From contig CAYSZV010000002.1 in assembly GCA_964435595.1 (NCBI GenBank), positions 39,956-103,955 of the forward strand: a stretch of DNA of 64,000 bases. The letters run 5' to 3'. This document shows, in pieces, positions 55,086 to 63,049 of this stretch (its first letter is position 1; each line of letters begins with the position of its first letter). Source of the DNA: an uncultured Candidatus Izemoplasmatales bacterium. GTDB lineage: Bacteria; Bacillota_I; Bacilli_A; Izemoplasmatales; Izemoplasmataceae. Position numbers and translations under genes: made by a program. The notes below the pieces were generated by a model. It searched no databases and was not told the DNA's origin. It saw nothing but the letters and a program-made list of their open reading frames with translations.

Positions 55086-56426
55086 CTAATATTTACATAT
55101 CTCAATATTTAAGATATTTCCTAGTATTTCTAATTCTTCACTAATGTCTTTGTATACAACTACAAAGTGAGGTTCCCACCCATCTGTGACCATTTCACTA
55201 ATAAGTTGATTGGTATCTCTTGGAACTTGAACAACAACTGAAGTTCCAGAAAACTGCTTCGGTTTATCTAATATTTCACCATTCAAGATAAAAAATCTAA
55301 ACTCACCATTCGGCTTACGCCCAATTCGAAAAATTGTTGCTTGTTTTGCAGGTCTTAATCCAAATTCCATTGTTGGTCCAATCTTACGATTTGGATGTAC
55401 TCCTGTTGCTGCGCCTGTATCTCTTCTAGCTAAAGAACATGCCCCAGCACCACAATGCCAAAATGTAATTGTATTTTCTGTTTCATCTAAGGAAACAGGA
55501 TCTCCCAAATATGTTGGTAACCCGCTAAATTTATTCCCAACATACATTGATAATGCTCCATATGCATCCGCTTCACAAGCTGCTGCAATACCGTCATCAT
55601 TTAACATTCCTAATACACCACAAACTGGTGTCCCATAATCTGTGAAGAAGTCTGGCCAACAACGTGAAGCAATTGCTTTTATATTGTTTTGATCAATATA
55701 GGTTTTGTAGACATTGTATAATTTATAAAAATCTACTCGATTCTTTTTCTTAGTATCTCTAATTCTAACCATACGTGAATCAGCACTTTCTTGTGTTTCT
55801 TTGATTTCCTCTTCGCTTAGTTTTTTTGCCATATTCGTCAATTCTCTAGATTCAACACTTAAGACATTTACCCCAAATGTTTTTGCCATATCTAAGTCGA
55901 GTGCTCGACCAAAGCCGAACCCTTCTGGAGTATGTCCAATCATCAGTAAATTGATATTAGACATATCATATTTCAATTTAGCAGCCTTGATAATCTTGCT
56001 TAACTTTTGTTCAATTATTTCTTCTGTCGGAGAACCAAACATGTACAATAGGTTGTTGTCACACATTTGTTTAAAGGCATTCCCTGCAGAAAATGCTCCT
56101 GTTAATGAATTTAGTCTCAAACGACCTCCGTCAATGACAGGTTCTCTTAAAGTCCATAGTAGAAATTGAGCATTTAATCTTTTAAAAATTTCAGTAGCAA
56201 AAGCCGCATTAGCAAAAGTAATATTTTGAACGATTACCAAATCCGGATTCTTCCCTTCTAAAAACTCTCTTAAAAGATTAATCGATAGAATCATTTCATC
56301 TGGTACAATAACGTCTGGCTCAATTGATCTAATTAATTTTATTGATGCATCGAATTCTCTTTGTGCAGATTCCAAATGGAATGTAGGAACTCCAATTGGG
56401 CAATAAATAACTTCAAACTTTTTCAT
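55086..56426 (-). CDS. L-fucose/L-arabinose isomerase-like family protein, function unknown
   Basis: 446 aa with an N-terminal Rossmann-like swivel (VIYCPIGVPTFHL...) and a C-terminal CEADAYGA / WHCGAG region like FucI/AraA-family proteins. The assignment is by eye. Confidence 0.6.
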   Translation of the reverse strand: MKKFEVIYCPIGVPTFHLESAQREFDASIKLIRSIEPDVIVPDEMILSINLLREFLEGKNPDLVIVQNITFANAAFATEIFKRLNAQFLLWTLREPVIDGGRLRLNSLTGAFSAGNAFKQMCDNNLLYMFGSPTEEIIEQKLSKIIKAAKLKYDMSNINLLMIGHTPEGFGFGRALDLDMAKTFGVNVLSVESRELTNMAKKLSEEEIKETQESADSRMVRIRDTKKKNRVDFYKLYNVYKTYIDQNNIKAIASRCWPDFFTDYGTPVCGVLGMLNDDGIAAACEADAYGALSMYVGNKFSGLPTYLGDPVSLDETENTITFWHCGAGACSLARRDTGAATGVHPNRKIGPTMEFGLRPAKQATIFRIGRKPNGEFRFFILNGEILDKPKQFSGTSVVVQVPRDTNQLISEMVTDGWEPHFVVVYKDISEELEILGNILNIEICKY

Positions 56427-56493
56427 ATAATCACCTTTTTATTTTTCTTGTTTTATCCGCTTCTCTATGGTCTCTTTAGATAAACACTATTGC

Positions 56494-56538
56494 ATAAAAA
56501 TCCGACCAATAGGACCCTTGTAGGGCACCTATTGGTCG
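56494..56538 (-). terminator. intra-operon stem-loop/attenuating terminator after the binding-protein gene
   Basis: Minus strand CGACCAATAGG-N14-CCTATTGGTCG (11-bp perfect stem with an inner CCCT/AGGG pairing) followed by GAUUUUUAU. Confidence 0.65.
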
Positions 56539-56550
56539 AATAATTTATTT

Positions 56551-57765
56551 CTACTCAGTAGGCGCTGCCGCTTTTAAATCTGTTTCTAATTGTGTAAGTA
56601 ATTCTAATGCTGTCATAGTATTCGCTGGGTCTGCACAATCAGCCGCGAAATCATTGATAATTGGATACATACCTGGAATCATAACTTGTGCTAGCCAGTC
56701 TTGTACATACATTTCATCTGTGTTTGCAATTTCATCTAAGAATACTGCGTATTCATCTGCGAAATCACCATATTCAACTGTTGCACCTAATCTAGGAGTT
56801 AAGTAAGGAACCCCACCAGTAAATGCGTCATGTTGTGCTCCTTCAGACATCCAAGCGATAAAATCAGTTGCTTCTGTTTCAGCTCCTGAACCACTAAATG
56901 CTGCTAATGATTTTCCACCTAAGATTGTCGCACGATTTGCTCCTTCAGGCATTGGTACTACTGCCCAATCAAACGCTGTAATATCTTGGTATCCACTTAC
57001 ATTCCAGTTTCCTGAAATATGGAATCCATATTCACCAGTTTTGAATAAGTTTGCTGCATTTGATCCTGCATATGGTTCAGCTGCAAATAATCCACTGTCA
57101 TAGAATCCCATAACCATTTCAACCACGTCAACTGCTGCTTGAGAAGTTAAGTTAGAACTAGTGTAAGGTGTATCCCAAATTTGCACTCCACCTTGATACA
57201 ATAAAGGCATCATTCTGTGTGCTTTTGGATCGATTAAACCTGGAGAAGCTACTCCAGTTACACCTTGTAATTTAGTCATTTCTGTTTCGAATTCATCCCA
57301 AGTCCATACATCTTCACCAGGTGCTGGATAATCAACTGAATTTGCATCTAGTAATGTTGTATTAACAAACATACCATTTGCAGTAATGTCCATTGGTAAA
57401 GAGATTACTTCACCATCATTGTTGTAGAATAAATTTGTAAATCCTGAAGTTGTGTAAACATCATCAAGAGGCTCAATATTGTCTTTGAAGTTATTCAAAT
57501 GACCTTCTGTTACACGAGCCAAAGCTGGAGCTTCTCCACCACTAATCATCGTAGCAAGTCTAGTTTCATAGTCATCATATGGAATTGTAACCAATTCAAT
57601 AACTACACCAGTTTCTTCTTCATAATCATCTAATAATGTTTGCATAACATCACCCTCTGTACCATCACTCCACCATAACATTTGTAGAGTTTCAGTTCCG
57701 CCACCACAGGCAGATAAAGCGAATACGCTTAGAACTAAAAGTAAACCTAAAGCTAATTTTTTCAT
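56551..57765 (-). CDS. ABC transporter substrate-binding lipoprotein (CUT1 sugar family); candidate SQ or SQ-glycerol binding protein
   Basis: Lipobox FALSAC, ~400 aa, acidic and Trp/Tyr-rich like family-1 sugar SBPs. The ATG at 57765 has a GGAGGA RBS. Confidence 0.82.
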   Translation of the reverse strand: MKKLALGLLLVLSVFALSACGGGTETLQMLWWSDGTEGDVMQTLLDDYEEETGVVIELVTIPYDDYETRLATMISGGEAPALARVTEGHLNNFKDNIEPLDDVYTTSGFTNLFYNNDGEVISLPMDITANGMFVNTTLLDANSVDYPAPGEDVWTWDEFETEMTKLQGVTGVASPGLIDPKAHRMMPLLYQGGVQIWDTPYTSSNLTSQAAVDVVEMVMGFYDSGLFAAEPYAGSNAANLFKTGEYGFHISGNWNVSGYQDITAFDWAVVPMPEGANRATILGGKSLAAFSGSGAETEATDFIAWMSEGAQHDAFTGGVPYLTPRLGATVEYGDFADEYAVFLDEIANTDEMYVQDWLAQVMIPGMYPIINDFAADCADPANTMTALELLTQLETDLKAAAPTE

Positions 57766-57823
57766 AAATTCCTCCATTTTATTTTTTTGTTTATGTTAAA
57801 TCCTGTTTCTTAAACAGTAATTT

Positions 57824-58639
57824 TTAACCCTTCATTCCAGTTTGAACCGTTCCTTGTACAAATTGTTTTTGGAAAATCAAGAAAATGATTAACATTGGAA
57901 CCATCGAGATAGCTGACATTGCTAAAATTGAGCTATAATCTGAGCCATACTCTCCCGAGAAGTTCGCAATTGCAAGTTGTAAAGTATACTTGTCTGGTGA
58001 ACTGATCGCAATCAGTGGCCAAACATAATCATTCCATCTCCACATAAATGAGAAGATTGCCAACGTAGCGATAGCTGGCTTTGCATTTGGTAAAATGATA
58101 AATATGAATATTCTTAGTTCAGATGCTCCATCAATACGAGCTGACTCAATGATTTCATCTGGTATGGTAACAAGATATTGTCTCATTAAGAAGATACCTG
58201 TTGGTGTTGCTGCAGCAGGAATAATCAATGCTGCCAACGTATCATACATTCCGAATGTTTTTAAAACACTGAATATCGGAACCATAATTACTTCAAGTGG
58301 TAACATAATTGTTGATAGAATAATCATCATAATAATGGTCGCACCCTTAAATTTGAATTTTGCCAGGGCGTATCCACTCATTGTATTGATTACGACTGCA
58401 AGGAAAGTTGATGTTGTCGCAACAACTAAAGAGTTGATGATATATCGGAAAAAGTCACCTCTGCTTAAAGCATATACGTAATTCTCGATTGTAAATTTTC
58501 TTGGAAAGAATGTTGGAACTGCGGTAAATAAGTCGTTTGATGTTTTAAATGACGATAAAATGATATAAAGTACAGGTGTTAAGAAAACCAGTACAATTGA
58601 TAAAGCAAGAATGTATTGAAATGTTAGTTTTCCTTTCAT
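57824..58639 (-). CDS. carbohydrate ABC transporter permease (MalG-like)
   Basis: 271 aa with 6 TM segments and an EAA loop (ESARIDGASELRIF). Confidence 0.88.
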   Translation of the reverse strand: MKGKLTFQYILALSIVLVFLTPVLYIILSSFKTSNDLFTAVPTFFPRKFTIENYVYALSRGDFFRYIINSLVVATTSTFLAVVINTMSGYALAKFKFKGATIIMMIILSTIMLPLEVIMVPIFSVLKTFGMYDTLAALIIPAAATPTGIFLMRQYLVTIPDEIIESARIDGASELRIFIFIILPNAKPAIATLAIFSFMWRWNDYVWPLIAISSPDKYTLQLAIANFSGEYGSDYSSILAMSAISMVPMLIIFLIFQKQFVQGTVQTGMKG

Positions 58640-59532
58640 TCGTGGCTTCCTCCTTTGGATAGATAGAAGTTTAATCCTGTAATAATCGTCACAAACAATA
58701 ACATAATAACACTCATTGCACTTGCATATCCTACCTGATAGCTTCTAAATGCCATTTCATAAATATATTGAACAGTAAATTCAGTTGCATCGAATGGTCC
58801 ACCACCAGTTAAAGTAACAACAAGTGGATAGGTTTTAAACACTTCCATGGTGACAAGAATAAATACCATCACCCTTGCTGCTTTCAAAGACGGCCAAGTA
58901 ACATACAAGAAACGTTGCACTCTATTTGCTCCATCCATTCTTGCCGCTTCATATAATGAAACCGGAACACTGAATAAGGCTGCAACAAATATAATCATAT
59001 AATATCCTGCTCGTGACCAAACAATCGCAAACACTACTGCCACCCATGCAAATAATGGATTAGTAAGTGTATCAATTGGATCAAAGCCAAACACTCCTAT
59101 CAGTTGATTAAACATTGATCGATCGGTTGCCAATATCCAGTTCCACATAATCCCTACTACTACAGCCGATATCATAACTGGCCAATAATATGATGCACGG
59201 AATAATCCAACTAATTTTAGAGGTTGAACCAATAATACTCCCAGTGCCAAAGAAACGACAAATACAATTGGGACAGTTACTATAACTAATGAAAAAGTAT
59301 TAATTATTGCAGCGATAAAATCCTCATCTTGGAACAATCTTATATAATTTTCTAACCCAACAAAATCAGGTGTACCGAATGTGAATAAGGTCATATTGGT
59401 AAATGAATAATAAACACCAATCAATGCAGGATAAATAATGAAAATTGAGAATATAAGTAAATTGGGTGTTAAAAAGAGATATGGTATAATCTTTTGTTTC
59501 GCCTTATATACTTTAAACGATTCTTTGCGCAT
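58636..59532 (-). CDS. carbohydrate ABC transporter permease (MalF-like)
   Basis: 298 aa with 6 TM segments and an EAA loop (EAARMDGANRVQRF). Confidence 0.88.
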   Translation of the reverse strand: MRKESFKVYKAKQKIIPYLFLTPNLLIFSIFIIYPALIGVYYSFTNMTLFTFGTPDFVGLENYIRLFQDEDFIAAIINTFSLVIVTVPIVFVVSLALGVLLVQPLKLVGLFRASYYWPVMISAVVVGIMWNWILATDRSMFNQLIGVFGFDPIDTLTNPLFAWVAVVFAIVWSRAGYYMIIFVAALFSVPVSLYEAARMDGANRVQRFLYVTWPSLKAARVMVFILVTMEVFKTYPLVVTLTGGGPFDATEFTVQYIYEMAFRSYQVGYASAMSVIMLLFVTIITGLNFYLSKGGSHE

Positions 59533-61541
59533 TACTCTATTCCTCCATTTCCATATTTATGAGTAATTGTTTGAAACAATTCTCTAAATGGTGAATCTGA
59601 TTTATAGAAAACTGGGGGATATCCAATCATTGCATCTACAGTTATATTCCCACCTTTATATTGTTCTCCAGTCCACAAATGAATCCAATCATCTTGTGGT
59701 AAAAAAACTTCTTTTTGAATTTGATGTTCTGATACAACCGGAACTACAATTATGTCTTTTCCAAACATGTATGAATACTGTATGTCATATAGAACTATTT
59801 CATCTTCATAATGCATGAACAATGGACGTTGTAATGGATATCCTTTGGTTGCTGCTTCGTTATATAATGATGAAATATATGGCTTTAGTTCTTGTCTAAT
59901 TTTAGTCATTCTCGATAGTAGTTGTAATGTCTTACTATCATTATAGAACTGGAAATTTTCAGATGGTCTATTTCCTTCATGGGTTCTCATAATCGAAGAA
60001 AACACACTCATTTCAAGCCAACGTTCAAATAATTCTTTGGATCTGATATTTCCATATAGACTTGTATACCCACCAATATCACTATGGGTAAATGGATTCC
60101 CAATGATTCCAACAGACAATGCTGACGGGATAACAGAAGCAATTCCATCATGCAATTCCCAATTAACACTTTGGTCTCCTGCCCATAATGCAGTAGCGTA
60201 TTTCTGAGATCCAAAATTACCACTTCTCATAAAGTAGAATACTTGCCCAAGCTTACCAGCTTCAACCACTGCTTCATAATTGCATTTTGCCCAAAGTACA
60301 GGCCATTCATTATGCATTATGAGAGCATCTTTTTTATTATATAAAACACAATCAGTTGGTAGGTATTCACCAAAATCTGCCATCCAACCTTTCACGCCCA
60401 AATCAATAATATTTGTTTGAATGATGCTTTTATACCATTCAAATGCCTTTGGATTTGTTAAATCAACAGCTCCACAAAAGAATTCTCCAAAATCTATAAG
60501 ATACACATCTCCTTCTTTATTGAAGACCAAATAATCATTTTCTTTTGCTTCAATAAAGAGTGATTGTTCTTCCAATAAAAACGGACATATATATGTTAGG
60601 AAAGCTACTCCTTTTTTATTCAACTGTTTGATTTGCTCAACCAATCCAGGATATACATCCTCGTTCAATGTCCAATTCCAAAATAGTCTTTTTCCAAATG
60701 TAGTATGTTTATATCCTGCCCAATCTTGACACCAGAGTCCAGATACTTTTACATCAAACTGTTCTGCTAACGCCAAATATTCAAGCACCTTATTCATTCC
60801 ACCTTGAAGACCTAACACAATTCCATCAAGTAAATATTCTGGAAGAACTGGTGTTCTACCAACAAAATCAGTAATATCTTCTACAAGATCCAAATACGTT
60901 TCTTTTGAAGATATGATAATTTCTCTTGGTGTTTCCCAAAAATGCAATTCGTGAAACTCAGGATGTTCAAAATTAAACTCTGAATAGGCATAAGAATCAG
61001 CATGAAGCCAGTACTTTCTAGTAGAAACATATGTTGCCTCAGGGTAATATGTATTGTAATAATCTCCACCTGAACCATCGGCTTTATCGGCATAAAAAGT
61101 AGTTAAGGACGTTTTATCTCTTCCAACACCTGGCTCTGAGGTAAACAAGGGAAAATTTCTACCTCTTAGGTTAAAGTATGAGGCTTGTTCTCCACACCCA
61201 TAGACTTTTTCCTCAGCAGTTGCATATATTCTCATCCAAAATCTATTGATGTAATTATTTGTTGATAGACTGATGTGTAATCTGTCATCTTTTTCAACTA
61301 GTTTTATTTTTAATTTCATATCGCAATGACTAAAGATAATAACATTTCCTTCAATTTGATAAGAATCAAGGCCGATTCTTTCCTCAATAAAGTCTGATAT
61401 GTCAAAGTTACCACGATAATGTTTGATTGTCTCAATTCCACTTCCTACAAAAAATGCAGGATTTTTCTTTCGGTGACTAATAACCAATTTTTCGTTGTGG
61501 AATATATCTACTCCGTTGCTCTTCTCTTTGTAATTAATCAT
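59532..61541 (-). CDS. yihQ: GH31 sulfoquinovosidase (YihQ-like)
   Basis: 669 aa. The motifs are WCQDW...TFGKRLFWNW (+ 60672-60701; the Arg/Trp sulfonate pocket of YihQ-type enzymes), the nucleophile motif KGWMADFGE and the acid/base motif HSDIGGY. Confidence 0.85.
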   Translation of the reverse strand: MINYKEKSNGVDIFHNEKLVISHRKKNPAFFVGSGIETIKHYRGNFDISDFIEERIGLDSYQIEGNVIIFSHCDMKLKIKLVEKDDRLHISLSTNNYINRFWMRIYATAEEKVYGCGEQASYFNLRGRNFPLFTSEPGVGRDKTSLTTFYADKADGSGGDYYNTYYPEATYVSTRKYWLHADSYAYSEFNFEHPEFHELHFWETPREIIISSKETYLDLVEDITDFVGRTPVLPEYLLDGIVLGLQGGMNKVLEYLALAEQFDVKVSGLWCQDWAGYKHTTFGKRLFWNWTLNEDVYPGLVEQIKQLNKKGVAFLTYICPFLLEEQSLFIEAKENDYLVFNKEGDVYLIDFGEFFCGAVDLTNPKAFEWYKSIIQTNIIDLGVKGWMADFGEYLPTDCVLYNKKDALIMHNEWPVLWAKCNYEAVVEAGKLGQVFYFMRSGNFGSQKYATALWAGDQSVNWELHDGIASVIPSALSVGIIGNPFTHSDIGGYTSLYGNIRSKELFERWLEMSVFSSIMRTHEGNRPSENFQFYNDSKTLQLLSRMTKIRQELKPYISSLYNEAATKGYPLQRPLFMHYEDEIVLYDIQYSYMFGKDIIVVPVVSEHQIQKEVFLPQDDWIHLWTGEQYKGGNITVDAMIGYPPVFYKSDSPFRELFQTITHKYGNGGIE

Positions 61542-61552
61542 AATAGACCTCT

Positions 61553-62218
61553 TTAAAATGTAACTTTGTAGTTTTGTCCGGTTATTCCAGGATGGGCACC
61601 TTTATCAATCAATGTCTTATTATCAACATGTGCTAGTAGCCACTTATTTGTTTTAAACAACAATTCGTTTTCTAGTGTTCCTTTATTTTTTGCTGATACA
61701 AATGAAACATTTGTACCTTTCGGTAAAATTACTCCGCATTTAAATCCAGTCTCTATAACTCGACATGGAGAAAAATGCAATACTCCAGCATTAATTTCAA
61801 TTACAGAATTTTTTGGTATATAAAATGCTTCTAATTTACTTGAATCATAAGTGTTATTTTCAATATCACATGAATGACCAAGTAGTAAAACCATTGGAGT
61901 CGCAGCAATATTTACTTCTGATGATTTGTGATACTCTAATGCATTCATATATGAATTGTTTCCATTGACATATCCAAATTGAATTGGGATTTGTCCAAAT
62001 ACATCATCATATGGAGAAACATCCTGTAGTGATAAAAAGAAATCCTCATCATGAGCAATATAGACATTTCCACTTTTCGGAATGTCTAACTTATTTAAAT
62101 ATATAAATGCATCATGGAACAAGTCACTTTGTAAAATTTTACCATATGCTCCGAAGGCTTTATCTGTATAATTCTTTATCTTTATACAAGGATTTTTCTT
62201 TATTAAATTATCAATCAT
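61553..62218 (-). CDS. DUF4867 family cupin-like protein (candidate sulfoquinovose isomerase)
   Basis: 221 aa from ATG 62218 (GGTGGA RBS); the in-frame upstream start at 62278 is less likely. It is the first gene of the locus. The DUF4867 call and the isomerase role are from memory of sulfo-TAL/TK clusters. Confidence 0.6.
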   Translation of the reverse strand: MIDNLIKKNPCIKIKNYTDKAFGAYGKILQSDLFHDAFIYLNKLDIPKSGNVYIAHDEDFFLSLQDVSPYDDVFGQIPIQFGYVNGNNSYMNALEYHKSSEVNIAATPMVLLLGHSCDIENNTYDSSKLEAFYIPKNSVIEINAGVLHFSPCRVIETGFKCGVILPKGTNVSFVSAKNKGTLENELLFKTNKWLLAHVDNKTLIDKGAHPGITGQNYKVTF

Positions 62219-62347
62219 ATTTTCCACCAAAATATGTAACCGCTTTCCTTTAAATGTAAAAAAAATAGATTGCTGCATTTGCTTATAAGGCTCAATAATC
62301 TAAAAGATAATAAACAAAATAATCTATCTAGCATTATTTCTACATTA

Positions 62348-62384
62348 ATTTTATCACTAAAATTTTCTGTTTTCAAGAAAATTT
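62348..62384 (-). promoter_or_regulatory. candidate promoter of the SQ locus overlapped by a 9-bp inverted repeat
   Basis: Minus strand TTGAAA (62371-62376), a 17-nt spacer, then TAAAAT (62348-62353). The palindrome AAATTTTCT-N7-AGAAAATTT (62360-62384) covers the -35 box. The context is AT-rich, so chance cannot be excluded. Confidence 0.4.
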
Positions 62385-62646
62385 AATATTTTTTTATACA
62401 AATATGTATCTTTTTATTCAAAATATAATCAATTATTGTAAAACATGTGAAATGACCATCCATTTAAAACTTACTATAAAAGATATAGAAAAGAGAAAAA
62501 TACTACCACTATTTTCTTCAATAACCTCTCGAATATCTTTTCAATAACCAATTTGCATTTTATAATACTTAATTGAAATAAATTTCATAAGAAAAGACAA
62601 TGCAAAATCTACATTGTCTAATAACTTTTAGTGTTATATTAAGTTC

Positions 62647-62751
62647 CTATTTGAATACTTTAGTAATAGTCTTAATTATACTTTTTGTAACTTGATCAAC
62701 TTTGATTGAAATATCTCTAAATGCATCGATCGAAGTTTTGTAATAGTTCAT
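62647..62751 (-). CDS. candidate 34-aa amphipathic small peptide
   Basis: An ATG with GTGAGGA 8 nt upstream, encoding MNYYKTSIDAFRDISIKVDQVTKSIIKTITKVFK. A hairpin AGACAATG-N9-CATTGTCT plus a T-rich tail lies downstream (62594-62620). Confidence 0.3.
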   Translation of the reverse strand: MNYYKTSIDAFRDISIKVDQVTKSIIKTITKVFK

Positions 62752-63049
62752 CTCTAAAGTCCTCACTTTCTGAACAAAGTTTATTAAAATCGATTCTATT
62801 ATACTGCGATTAAAAGAAATGTAAATAGATATAGCAATGAACACGCTTTCTTAAATAAATCAATTTTTATTAATGAATTTATTTTGATCTAAAATGACAT
62901 TATCAAAGGCATTCAGATATATTGCAGTCACTTTTAAGTTTGATTATAAAAGTAATTTGTATTCAAACTGTAATAATGATAAAATGAGATAAGTGTAATT
63001 TCTTAATTAACGCATTTATACATTGATATTTTCATAAGGAGAAATATAT

